Part shown: positions 47,035 to 55,890 of the stretch, one piece after another
How the letters are laid out: each line of letters begins with the position of its first letter
Numbering within the stretch: the stretch's first letter is position 1
Origin: Nitrososphaerota archaeon
Lineage (GTDB): Archaea > Thermoproteota > Nitrososphaeria_A > Caldarchaeales > Calditenuaceae
Reading direction: 5' to 3'
Assembly: GCA_038845265.1 (NCBI GenBank)
Contig: JAWBQR010000009.1
Location: 1 to 55,890 of the forward strand
Length of the DNA: 55,890 bases
Program-made: the position numbers and the translations under genes
Notes under the pieces: generated by a model
What the model was told of the DNA's origin: nothing
Database searches by the model: none
What the model saw: the letters and a program-made list of their open reading frames with translations, nothing else

Positions 47035-47934
47035 CTAGTCGTTATCTTTTCTGTCTGTCCAGAGTATCCAGGTTATCATGAATCCTTGAGCAATGCTGTC
47101 AAGCACCATCTCTACTCCGTGGCCTATCCTCAGTTCGACTGGCCACCCTACGTTGACTAGCTGCGGGACCACGGCTCCGAATATGGCCAGCACGACTCCA
47201 AGCAGTAGGGCAAGTCTCCATCTAGGCAGTCTGACAAGAGTAAGCAGCGGGACAAATGTAGCCGCATAGAGCAGTCCGCGCCCAAGTTCGACTGGTACCA
47301 CTATCTCTGGGCTGGGAATCACGAGGCCTAGTCCGAGCTCCGGATTGTTATAATAGGGACCAGTTATCGGAGAGAATAGATTGTTATAATAGGGACCAGT
47401 TATCGGAGAGAATAGAAAGCCGAAGAAATAGTAGATCGGTATAAAGAGCACCGATGCGAGGGCGAACCGCCAAACCCACTCGGAGCTGCTTCGCCCCGAG
47501 AAATATCTCCTAAATTCTCTGAATAGATCTCTCTTGATTTCTCTTGGCTGAAAGAGAACTCCAACTGCTACGGCTATGATTAGATTGATGACAAATTGTT
47601 CGAAGAGGATGAATAGTTGGAAGGACATTGAGTACGTAGTGAATAGTGCTACCTCCGGCGCGCCTATTAGGTAGGAGAACATGTAGAGCGTAAGAAAGAG
47701 TATCCCTATTCTCTGGGCGAGCGGGACCTCAAGCATGGTAGATAAAGTGCCTGCAGTTATGGCTATCAGTATTCCTCCAATGAAGAGAAGGGTGAAGAGC
47801 AGTCCAGCGTCTAACCCCTCTGTTGCTGTGAGTACTCCCATTGCTAAACCGATTGATGAGGTGATCATTGTTGATAAGAGATATAGAAAACCGACGAGGA
47901 TTACTCTCAATAATATACCAAGTCTAAACACCAT
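47035..47934 (-). CDS. Hypothetical integral membrane protein (about 8 TM)
   Basis: Hydrophobic ORF co-oriented with fprA and ZIP; contains a 12-aa duplication. Confidence 0.7.
   Translation of the reverse strand: MVFRLGILLRVILVGFLYLLSTMITSSIGLAMGVLTATEGLDAGLLFTLLFIGGILIAITAGTLSTMLEVPLAQRIGILFLTLYMFSYLIGAPEVALFTTYSMSFQLFILFEQFVINLIIAVAVGVLFQPREIKRDLFREFRRYFSGRSSSEWVWRFALASVLFIPIYYFFGFLFSPITGPYYNNLFSPITGPYYNNPELGLGLVIPSPEIVVPVELGRGLLYAATFVPLLTLVRLPRWRLALLLGVVLAIFGAVVPQLVNVGWPVELRIGHGVEMVLDSIAQGFMITWILWTDRKDND
47344..47415. repeat. Perfect 36-bp tandem duplication (2 copies)
   Basis: ATTGTTATAATAGGGACCAGTTATCGGAGAGAATAG x2, encoding LFSPITGPYYNN x2 on the minus strand. Confidence 0.95.
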
Positions 47935-47984
47935 ATAAACCGCGCACAGCTATTTATTGGTCTGCATGAATATAACCATTTTTG

Positions 47985-49190
47985 TTAATGGCTCTCCAGA
48001 AGCCTATTTACTGCTTCTTTCGCTTTCTCAGCTGTCTTCTCGTCGAATCTGCCCCTAAAAGTCAATAGTTCCTTCACGTTAAACCCTGCGCCTCGGAGTA
48101 GTTCTGCCAGATTTTTACCTGCTTTCTCTCCCCATCCATAGGAACTAATTATCATGACTAATTTGTTGTTCGGTACTTTCTTGAGAAGAGTCTCGATTAT
48201 CCATCGAGCCAGTGGAAAGGCATCGGACTCGTATGTAGGAGTACCGATGACTATGAACTCGGAGTCGAATAAGTCGCCCAGCAGGTCGGAAAGGCTAGAG
48301 CGAGCGTTGTCGGTGAATTCATAAAGCTTAGGCTGGACCCCCCTCTTAATCAGCTCCTCCATTACAAATCGTGTAGCATTAAGGCACTCGCCATACATAG
48401 ATGCACAAATAATCGTCGCTTTTCCCCGCTCTCGTTTTCCACTCGCTAGTGAGGCGTAAAAATCTATTATCATCTTAGGATTACTTCTCCACACCATTCC
48501 ATGAGCAGGCGCAATTATTCTAATATCCAGATCTAACAATTTATTTATTGTTAGATTGACGTGATCTCTATAGGTCCCAATGACGGAGGCAAAATATTTT
48601 CTAACGAATGGAAGATACCTTTCAACTACTTCTTCATCGTCGTCAAATGTTTGGCAGGGAATTGAGAATCCGCCAAACACGTCTCCAGTAAGCAGGACGC
48701 CACGGTCTACATAATGCGTGATTATTGTCTCGGGCCAGTGTAGCCATGGAGCATAGAGGAATCTTAACCTTCTACCAGCTGCATAGACTTCATCGCCATC
48801 ATGTATAGGCCTTGTTTTTGGATTAACGCCGTGGAATGAGCTAAGCATCTGGCAGGACATGGGGTGCGTCAGTACCTCTGGCTTAAATTTACAGGCCTCA
48901 AGAATTGCGGGAATTGAACCTGAGTGGTCTGGCTCCATGTGGTGGACGACGAGGTGGGATATTTCCTCAGGCTCTATGACTTGTCTAACCGTCTCTACAA
49001 ACTGCTCAGCATACCGCTTCTTCCAAGAGTCAAATAGTATTGCGCCATCATCGCCGATGAGTAGATAGGCATTATATGTCACCTTCTCCGGAATCTCCCA
49101 AAGGGCTTCAAAGTACTTAATCTCCTCATCGTCAATTCGTAGCATGTATAGGTCTGGCGCGACCTTCTCTATTAAAATCTTGGCGGACAT
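47985..49190 (-). CDS. fprA: Flavodiiron protein (FprA/A-type flavoprotein)
   Basis: TYNAYL, HMEPDHSGS, LHWPE, GDVFG, PAHG, flavodoxin SMYG and SYGW. Confidence 0.92.
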   Translation of the reverse strand: MSAKILIEKVAPDLYMLRIDDEEIKYFEALWEIPEKVTYNAYLLIGDDGAILFDSWKKRYAEQFVETVRQVIEPEEISHLVVHHMEPDHSGSIPAILEACKFKPEVLTHPMSCQMLSSFHGVNPKTRPIHDGDEVYAAGRRLRFLYAPWLHWPETIITHYVDRGVLLTGDVFGGFSIPCQTFDDDEEVVERYLPFVRKYFASVIGTYRDHVNLTINKLLDLDIRIIAPAHGMVWRSNPKMIIDFYASLASGKRERGKATIICASMYGECLNATRFVMEELIKRGVQPKLYEFTDNARSSLSDLLGDLFDSEFIVIGTPTYESDAFPLARWIIETLLKKVPNNKLVMIISSYGWGEKAGKNLAELLRGAGFNVKELLTFRGRFDEKTAEKAKEAVNRLLESH

Positions 49191-49236
49191 AATAATAACC
49201 TACAAAAATAAGAAAAATTTATACCTGTTAAGAGAG

Positions 49237-49731
49237 TTACCTCTTCATCATCTTCTTAAGATCTTCTAAAAGTGATTGGAGTTCAAATTCATGCTCGATC
49301 TCGTCCTCTAGGATTTCGAGAATGAGTCTCCATGTTACTGGGTCGCCCTCCTTCGTGAATTCGAGTAGCTTGTTATATACCTCTATTGCGCATTGCTCGC
49401 CCTTGATGTTCTGCTCTAAGAGCTTCTCTACACATGGGTCTCTTGGTGCATCGTATCCGCAGTTCGACACCTTGTACCACTCCTCTGGGCTAAGTACAGG
49501 TGTTCCACCGAGCTCTATTATTCTCTTGCTGAGCTTCTCTGCATGTTCAAGCTCTTCTTTTGCATGCTCCGCGAGCTCCATGGCGACTGCCCCCCTCATA
49601 GGTCCGACGGCTAACCTAGCGCCGAGCCAATACTGATAGTACGCGAGCCACTCATCTGCATATGCCCTGTTTAAATGCTCTATAAGTTTCTCGACGTTCA
49701 CCTTTAATATTTCTCTACCTTTCGAGTTCAT
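49237..49731 (-). CDS. DPS-like (DPSL) ferritin-family protein
   Basis: DEWLAYYQYW, EE.EH, RIIELGG.P, Cys pair (SNCGY; EQCAI), DEIEH. Confidence 0.82.
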   Translation of the reverse strand: MNSKGREILKVNVEKLIEHLNRAYADEWLAYYQYWLGARLAVGPMRGAVAMELAEHAKEELEHAEKLSKRIIELGGTPVLSPEEWYKVSNCGYDAPRDPCVEKLLEQNIKGEQCAIEVYNKLLEFTKEGDPVTWRLILEILEDEIEHEFELQSLLEDLKKMMKR

Positions 49732-49854
49732 CGCAGATACTACACGACTCACTTTATTTAAACATTTTGCCTATACAATAGTTTACTTATTGATTGTAAA
49801 ATTAGCTCTCAGCAGTGAAATAAGCCTTATTAGCCTCGGATTAGTTTTTACAAG

Positions 49855-50484
49855 TTGATGCCCTATAAATTCACGTTTGACCTCTCAGTGGTGCCTCATA
49901 AATTCTTCAAAGAACTTGCCTATATGGTTGATTCAAAAAGGATCCATAAAAGAACAGGAAGGATCTTGAGGAGGCTAATTGATAGGTTTAAGCTCTCGGA
50001 ATTGACGGGCATGGATTTTGCCGAGATATTGCAGGTCATCGAGGACCTTGTAGATATTCAGGTCAAGAATCTTGCGTATCGGCAGAGATTCGAGATGAGT
50101 AAGAATAAAGCTCTCTTCCTCCCCCACTGCGCTAGGAAATATGTTGATAGCAGATGCAGGGCAGAGTTTGACCCCGATGTCCCGACCTTTAGATGCAGGC
50201 GGTGCTCACCCGACTGTCAAGTAAACCAGGCTTCGAGAATTGCCGAAGAATTAGGATACGACGTCTACATAGTGCCTGGCGGCTCATGCATACCTAAGAT
50301 AATCAAGAAGCACAATTATGATGGGATAGTGGGAGTTGCATGTGGAGAGGAGATCAGACTTGCATATACGTATCTTAATGAAGACATTGCAGCACAGGCA
50401 GTCCCACTAATCAAGAATGGATGTTCAAACACAGTATTCAGCATAGATTCTTTATGCAAAATTTTACAGTCACAAAAAATATGA
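49855..50484 (+). CDS. DUF116 family protein
   Basis: LFLPHC, C..C..C, PGGS, GVAC, GC Cys pattern. Confidence 0.8.
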   Translation: MMPYKFTFDLSVVPHKFFKELAYMVDSKRIHKRTGRILRRLIDRFKLSELTGMDFAEILQVIEDLVDIQVKNLAYRQRFEMSKNKALFLPHCARKYVDSRCRAEFDPDVPTFRCRRCSPDCQVNQASRIAEELGYDVYIVPGGSCIPKIIKKHNYDGIVGVACGEEIRLAYTYLNEDIAAQAVPLIKNGCSNTVFSIDSLCKILQSQKI

Positions 50485-50496
50485 TTTATTATTCTT

Positions 50497-50844
50497 TTAT
50501 ATCCAGACTCTGAACAGCCCAATCCCAATTACTAATAATATTGCCGCTATTATTACGAAGATTATGACTGCCACGATCGCGATTATGAGGGCCCTTATCC
50601 AGCCGCAGTCGAAGAAGTGTTTGATCAATGCTAACCACACTATGAGCATGATTACTGAGGCTAATGGACCGCTGAGAAAATAATTAACAAGCATCCCTAT
50701 CACTATCCCGAGAACCACTATCCATAACGCGTCAGTGAATTTTGCCTTCTCTTTACCGGCGAGGAGTCGCCCAGAGATCCATAAGACTGGAGCCACAATA
50801 ATTATCCCGACTATTAGCTCAATAATTACCGCCCAAATATTCAA
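50497..50844 (-). CDS. Small hypothetical membrane protein (4 TM)
   Basis: Highly hydrophobic 115-aa ORF with IKHFFDCGW..A loop. Confidence 0.7.
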   Translation of the reverse strand: MNIWAVIIELIVGIIIVAPVLWISGRLLAGKEKAKFTDALWIVVLGIVIGMLVNYFLSGPLASVIMLIVWLALIKHFFDCGWIRALIIAIVAVIIFVIIAAILLVIGIGLFRVWI

Positions 50845-50922
50845 GAATTATCTTGCACCTCTTCGGCGTGAATAAATTGAATATCTGTTAAATACTTTTC
50901 TGTGGTAAAAAATTGCTTGACG

Positions 50923-50995
50923 CGGGCCCGGCCGGACTCGAACCGGCGACCTACGGGTTAACAGCCCGCCGCTCTACCGACTGAGCTACGGGCCC
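50923..50995 (-). tRNA. tRNA-Asn(GTT), intronless
   Basis: GGGCCCG-TA-GCTC-AGTCGGTA-GAGC-G-GCGGG-CTGTTAA-CCCGT-AGGTC-GCCGG-TTCGAGT-CCGGC-CGGGCCC-G, 73 nt; CCA not encoded. Confidence 0.93.
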
Positions 50996-51106
50996 AGACC
51001 AAGACATTGATTAATTTATTATTACTTGTTTTTAGTCTTTTCTCATCTCGGGAAGAATATATTAACAGAGTATGTGGATATTTTTGTGCTGGGGCGGAAA
51101 ATTTAG

Positions 51107-53152
51107 ATGGCGGTCGTGAAGCTGCTGAGGACGGTGGTGGCCTGCCCGAGGTCTAGGACCGGAGAAGTGCTTGAAAATCTATACAGATTCGGTGAGTTCC
51201 ACGTCGAGAGCAAGGAAGATGACAAGAGGCTAGAAATCATTAATGAGCTCTATCTCCGCGCAAGAAATCTCGCTAACGACCTAGAATCAGTGGTTAGAGA
51301 TCTCAATATATCGGTAAGTCAAGGCGTCATAGACATATTGCTTAAGGGAGAAAAGATTGAGAGACAGCTACTCACAGTTAGTGGAATCGCGGAGCTGATC
51401 ACGAGCCTCGAAGAGGAGGCTAAGAAGATAGTGGAGACTGTAAGAACGGCCCAGCAAGAATTGATAGAGATAGATAAGAAATTGCAGGATGCTGAGAATG
51501 ATGCCTCAACGCTCAGAATGATTACGCATCTAGGCGTAGATTATCAAGTCCTCAAGAAATTTAGACACTTCAGTGTTGGGATTTACTCTGCCCAGCTTAG
51601 GGACATAGTCGAGGTCAGGAAGACGCTGAGTAGGGCCTTCATGACGCACGTGCCCATCGATAGGAATCTCGCAACCCTCATAATCATCACTAAGTCAGGA
51701 GAGGATGAGAAAGTTGACCGGATCGCTAAGAGCCTTAATCTAAAGAGGATAGAGGCTCCGGAAGAATTGTCCTGCTCTTCATTCGAGGCTCTCGAGATAT
51801 TAGAGAAAAGGATAGCTGAGCTGAAGGAGAGAAGAGAATACCTCACTAAATTATTGAGAGGTATGGCTCTGAATGAGGGTCAGCGCATCTATGCCATGAG
51901 GGAGGCAGCCTTTATGCTGAGAGATACACTCGACAGGCTGAGAGGGCGCTTTAAGAGGACATCCCTCATAGTCGGCTACATTCCGAGCACGAAAAGGGAA
52001 GAACTCTCGGCGAGAATCGGGAGGATGGCCTACGTGGAGTTTTCTGACGTTGAGCCATCCCATCATACTCACGGGCACCAGGAGGAGCCCCCAACCCTGA
52101 TAAGCCATAACTGGTACTTCGACGCTTATAGGCCAGTAACAGAGATGCAGGGAACTCCGGGGTACTTTGAGGTCGACCCGACGCCGTATGTCTCAATTTT
52201 CTTCGCCATATTCTACGGCATAATGTCTGCCGACCTTGGACAGGGACTGATACTGGCGGCGCTCGGTCTGGCCATATACCTACGAGCCAGAGGCAACCTG
52301 AGGAGTTGGGGGAAGCTTCTCATGTTTCTCGGAGTCTCCTCGGCCATTGTGGGCTTCATGATCCAAGAGGCGTTTGGCTTTAAGCTCACACCTGTAACTG
52401 GGACAAAGCCGATAATTGAGCTTCTCGAACACCACGGAGAGACAGCGACTCTTAGTAGGGACGGAGTTCTTAAGCTCTTCATGATTGCGCCACTACTTGG
52501 ATTTATCCATGTCTCGACTGGAATTATTCTAGGTTCTATCAAGCTTCTCAAGATGAAGGAATATGCAGAGGCTATATTCTCTAAGTGGGCATCTTTAGCG
52601 ATGTATGTGTTTGGACTGCTATTCGTCCTCGGCTTCCTGGGAGCAGGTAGTTTTCAAGCACTGTTCACTAGCGCGTCTCCGGCACCACTCATTGGGCTGC
52701 CGTCAAGCCAGGTAGGCACTATTGGTCTCTACGGGGTCTTAGCCTGCATCTTTGTCCTGCTTCTGGGAAAGCTAGTCGCTGGCTTTGTCGGTCTAGGTCC
52801 GAGGCTCTCGATTATCTCGGCTGTTGGTGGAGGATTGCTTGAGGTGCTGGAGAACATAATTCACTTTATGTCTAACTCTCTCAGCTACCTCAGAATCTCG
52901 ATACTTCTAATCATACATGTTGCATTGATGATCTTGATTAATACGGCTTGGCACGGCCTCGGGCCAGCTTCTCTACCGATACTTATTATCGGGAATATCG
53001 GCGTGATGGGGCTTGAGGGGACGCTCGCCTTTATCCAGACGCTGAGGCTCCATCTCTACGAGTTCTTCACCAAGTTCTACGAGGGGGTTGGGAAGCCATT
53101 CACGCCGCTTAGGATATCCTCGAGAATGGTCGAGGTACTGTTTAAGGATTAG
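51107..53152 (+). CDS. atpI: A/V-type ATP synthase subunit I (a)
   Basis: Coiled-coil N-half, EVDPTP, DLGQG, LSYLR (essential Arg), LRLHLYEFF.KFY. Confidence 0.93.
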   Translation: MAVVKLLRTVVACPRSRTGEVLENLYRFGEFHVESKEDDKRLEIINELYLRARNLANDLESVVRDLNISVSQGVIDILLKGEKIERQLLTVSGIAELITSLEEEAKKIVETVRTAQQELIEIDKKLQDAENDASTLRMITHLGVDYQVLKKFRHFSVGIYSAQLRDIVEVRKTLSRAFMTHVPIDRNLATLIIITKSGEDEKVDRIAKSLNLKRIEAPEELSCSSFEALEILEKRIAELKERREYLTKLLRGMALNEGQRIYAMREAAFMLRDTLDRLRGRFKRTSLIVGYIPSTKREELSARIGRMAYVEFSDVEPSHHTHGHQEEPPTLISHNWYFDAYRPVTEMQGTPGYFEVDPTPYVSIFFAIFYGIMSADLGQGLILAALGLAIYLRARGNLRSWGKLLMFLGVSSAIVGFMIQEAFGFKLTPVTGTKPIIELLEHHGETATLSRDGVLKLFMIAPLLGFIHVSTGIILGSIKLLKMKEYAEAIFSKWASLAMYVFGLLFVLGFLGAGSFQALFTSASPAPLIGLPSSQVGTIGLYGVLACIFVLLLGKLVAGFVGLGPRLSIISAVGGGLLEVLENIIHFMSNSLSYLRISILLIIHVALMILINTAWHGLGPASLPILIIGNIGVMGLEGTLAFIQTLRLHLYEFFTKFYEGVGKPFTPLRISSRMVEVLFKD

Positions 53153-53201
53153 AATGCACAGCAAACCATTTAGATGACGGCTACTACGTAAACATGGCAG
53201 T

Positions 53202-54395
53202 ATGTTAGCAATTCATGGCGGGGAGAAGGTAAGGAAGAAGCCATATCCACAGTGGCCGATTTGGACAAGCGAAGAGGAGGAATATTTGATCGATGTTTTG
53301 AGGTCGGGAAAGTGGGGAATTGGTGGGAAGAGAGTCGAGGAGTTTGCGTCAGTTTTCGCTTCTTATCAGGGATGTAGATACGGCGTGGCATGCATGAATG
53401 GCTCTGTCGCTATCAAGGTTGCGCTCCAGGCCCTCGGCGTGGGAGATGGAGACGAGGTGATAACTACTCCATATACATTTATCGCGACTGCTTCAGCTGC
53501 GATAGAGCTTGGAGCCATTCCTGTCTTCGCAGATATTGAGGATGAGGGACTTAACATCTCTCCCAAGAGGATAGAGGAAAAGATTACTGAGAGGACGAAG
53601 GTCATACTTCCGGTCCACATCGCTGGATATCCATCAGACATGGAGGGCATATCTAGGATCGCGAAGATGCATGGGCTCGGAGTGGTCGAGGACGCTGCTC
53701 AGGGACATGGCTCAGAGTGGATGGGTAAGCGGCTCGGAAGCCTGGGAGACTTGGGCTGTTTCAGCTTCCAGTCAAGCAAAGTCATGACGAGCGGGGAGGG
53801 AGGAGCCATCACGACAAATGATGAGGAGCTTGCAGAGAAGTGCCGGTCGTTGATAAATGTCGGCAGAACGAGGGGCGGCGACTGGTACCAGCATGACTTC
53901 CTCGGGTATAACTATAGGATGACTGAGTTTCAGGCTGCAGTTCTTTTAGCACAGTTGAGGAGACTTGACGAGCAGATAGAGAAGAGGAGGAGAAACTATG
54001 AGATGCTCTCTTCTCTCCTCAAGGATCTCGAGGGATTTGAGTTGATTCCTCCCCCAGAAGGAGCGACGAGGGTAAACCACTTCTTCGTCCCAATCAGGAT
54101 TAGGAGGGAGGTCTTCCGAGAGATTGATAAGAAAAGGATAGTCGAGGTACTCAGGGCAGAGGGCATACCCTCATCTCCAGGCTACACCGTCCCACTACAC
54201 CTACATGCCCCTATCCAGAGATACTTAGAGAGGAAGATGAATTCAGAGCCGGTGAGGGAAAGATTAAGAAACGCCGAGGCCGCGGCTCGAGATGTCTTTT
54301 GGCTCCCACACTACGTTCTCCTAGGCTCCGAGGAGGACGTAATGGACATATATCGAGCATTGGCTAAAATAGAGAGGCATAGAGGCGAGCTCTGA
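53202..54395 (+). CDS. DegT/DnrJ/EryC1/StrS sugar aminotransferase (RifK/BtrR-like)
   Basis: EDAAQ.HG, FSFQSSK (PLP Lys), GEGG, GYNYRMTEFQAA. Confidence 0.9.
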   Translation: MLAIHGGEKVRKKPYPQWPIWTSEEEEYLIDVLRSGKWGIGGKRVEEFASVFASYQGCRYGVACMNGSVAIKVALQALGVGDGDEVITTPYTFIATASAAIELGAIPVFADIEDEGLNISPKRIEEKITERTKVILPVHIAGYPSDMEGISRIAKMHGLGVVEDAAQGHGSEWMGKRLGSLGDLGCFSFQSSKVMTSGEGGAITTNDEELAEKCRSLINVGRTRGGDWYQHDFLGYNYRMTEFQAAVLLAQLRRLDEQIEKRRRNYEMLSSLLKDLEGFELIPPPEGATRVNHFFVPIRIRREVFREIDKKRIVEVLRAEGIPSSPGYTVPLHLHAPIQRYLERKMNSEPVRERLRNAEAAARDVFWLPHYVLLGSEEDVMDIYRALAKIERHRGEL

Positions 54396-55631
54396 TTGCA
54401 GCTAATAATTCTCGAAGATGAGTTCTGGAAGAACTTTAAGCCGTTGAGCTATACTAGGGCCTGCTTCGGCCTAATGAATAGGGAGGGAAGACTAATCGAT
54501 CAACTCGTCAGAATAGTTAGACATGATGGGATTACTGCATTCATAAGAGACTACCTAGCAGAAGTTGAGAAATCGAGGTACCCAAATATTGAGTTCAACA
54601 CGCCTCCACCGAGAGACGATGAAGCGGTAATAATCAATGCATTGCTGAGAGATATCTCCATAGTTGATAGACTGTTGAAGAAGACTGAAGGGAGAGAGTT
54701 CGTGCTCTTCAATGATGGTAGAGTAATGGCCGCTAGGGTGAAGGGTATGCGCCTCGAGGAGGCATATGACTCTTCTCGAATAGCCTTCATCCTGAGCGAG
54801 CTTGCCCCACGGCTCGAGGGCTACGTGATCGATGGGCAGCACCTCTATAGTTATCCATGGGAACTGTTAGAGACCGGTGAGCCTCAGAGGCCTCTCAGAG
54901 AGTCAGGGCCACCGATCGATCCCAGAGTAGCAATCCTTGGTGAGCCCTCGGAGCTTTACATCGGGGAGAATGTGGAGATCGAGCCTTTCACGATCCTCGA
55001 TGCTCGTCGTGGCCCGCTCATAATTGAGAGGGGGTGCAGGATTGCCTCTGGCTCGGTCCTGATTGGTCCATGCCGCGTGGGTAGGGAGACTGAGGTCCTC
55101 GGAGGCAGGGTTGGGCCGGAAGTATTTACAGGCCCTGTCTGTAGAATATCAGGCGAGATAGAACATACAATAGTTCTGGGATACTCGAATAAGAGGCATC
55201 TCGGGTACCTGGGGCACTCACTGGTAGGTGAGTGGGTGAACATAGGTGCTGGAACAGTCGGCTCCAACCTGAAGAATACGTACGGAGAGATTAGGGTTGA
55301 GATAGAGTCCTCAAGGGTTTCATCTGGACGGCAGTTCCTCGGACAATTTATCGGAGACCATGCACGAACATCTGTCGGCACATCACTAATGTGTGGCAAG
55401 AAGCTTGGATGCTTCACGATGAGCATGGGCATAGTCTCACGAGACATCCCGCCCTTCGTCGGAGTCTCTCCAGAGGGAAGACTCTACGTACTTGAGCTGA
55501 GCTCTGAGATAATGACTGCTGAGAGAATGATGAATAGACGCAAAGTAGAGATGACCGATGCTTACCGGAGATTAGTCGAGAAACTATACGAAATAACTGC
55601 GCCAGAGAGAGCAACAATCACTACGCCTTAG
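54396..55631 (+). CDS. GlmU-related sugar nucleotidyltransferase/acyltransferase-like protein (left-handed beta-helix)
   Basis: PL..TR N-domain, YPWEL, hexapeptide repeats, NK.H.GYLGHS..GEWVNIGAGT..SNLKN.YG. Confidence 0.8.
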   Translation: MQLIILEDEFWKNFKPLSYTRACFGLMNREGRLIDQLVRIVRHDGITAFIRDYLAEVEKSRYPNIEFNTPPPRDDEAVIINALLRDISIVDRLLKKTEGREFVLFNDGRVMAARVKGMRLEEAYDSSRIAFILSELAPRLEGYVIDGQHLYSYPWELLETGEPQRPLRESGPPIDPRVAILGEPSELYIGENVEIEPFTILDARRGPLIIERGCRIASGSVLIGPCRVGRETEVLGGRVGPEVFTGPVCRISGEIEHTIVLGYSNKRHLGYLGHSLVGEWVNIGAGTVGSNLKNTYGEIRVEIESSRVSSGRQFLGQFIGDHARTSVGTSLMCGKKLGCFTMSMGIVSRDIPPFVGVSPEGRLYVLELSSEIMTAERMMNRRKVEMTDAYRRLVEKLYEITAPERATITTP

Positions 55632-55720
55632 CAAAAATCTTCATCTAACTAAACTATAGCTTTGAGAGATCTTTGAGGACTATTTGGTTCAAAGCCTGGT
55701 CTAATCGGCACACTTATTAG

Positions 55721-55890
55721 ATGGTATGCGAATATATAATTGCAAAATTAAGATGGTGGATACTTCTGGCAACATATTTGAAACTTCTTCTAAGGTCCAC
55801 GTCCTGGATAGCCGTCATACTTACAGTCGTAGTGCTTCAAATTTTTAGCAGAACAATCTTATCCTCGTTATCGTGGTGCTGGGAATTTGT
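55721..55890 (+). CDS. Partial hypothetical membrane protein (5' end only)
   Basis: Open frame from ATG 55721 (MVCEYIIAKLRWWILLATYLKLLLRSTSWIAVILTVVVLQIF...) to window end. Confidence 0.4.
   Translation, partial: MVCEYIIAKLRWWILLATYLKLLLRSTSWIAVILTVVVLQIFSRTILSSLSWCWEF

Noticed and set aside
47344-47415. Possible CRISPR repeat (36-bp unit)
   Set aside because: Only two directly adjacent copies, no spacer, in frame within a CDS, and no cas genes in the window
51107-53152. Lone atpI as a novel ATPase system
   Set aside because: Split A-type ATP synthase operons are common in TACK archaea and the essential Arg is intact
885-55617. The many 60-165 aa antisense or overlapping ORFs in the six-frame track (e.g. 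8669-9058, 27218-27655, 45661-46134, 54956-55447)
   Set aside because: They lie wholly opposite or inside well-supported genes, have Ser/Ile/Pro-rich shadow composition and carry no recognisable motifs
55659-55695. GCTTTGA...TCAAAGC inverted repeat as an H/ACA or C/D sRNA
   Set aside because: Only a 7-bp stem; no convincing K-turn or correctly placed ACA/C-D boxes

Overview
Archaeal chromosomal window, most consistent with a thermophilic TACK/Thermoproteota lineage (Nitrososphaeria/Caldarchaeales-like; inferred from Top6A, a thermosome paralogue, a Zn-ferredoxin, BHB-intron tRNA, a Tat/Thr-rich sugar-binding protein and a his operon containing a HAD gene). It holds about 55 CDSs and two tRNAs. 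I saw no CRISPR array, integrase or transposase. The best candidate for an undescribed system is an AT-rich catabolic island (~2.9-19.8 kb). It encodes a sugar ABC transporter, an epimerase, a GH-like TIM barrel, an FGD-type F420 oxidoreductase, M19 and M24 hydrolases, acetyl-CoA synthetase, two PLP enzymes of different folds (SelA/DgaE-like and DSD1-like) and RidA. Together these suggest an F420-dependent oxidative route for (N-acyl) amino sugars through amino-sugar acids. A strongly diverged, probably ATPase-impaired group II chaperonin sits inside the island. Other notable items are a tRNA-Gln with two introns, a haloarchaea-type phosphomevalonate decarboxylase homologue with the catalytic Asp replaced by Gln, an orphan antiporter-like subunit lacking its conserved TM7 Lys, and a his operon without hisE/hisC followed by a MazG-family gene. 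All functional calls come from motif recognition and recalled family knowledge; no database searches were run.
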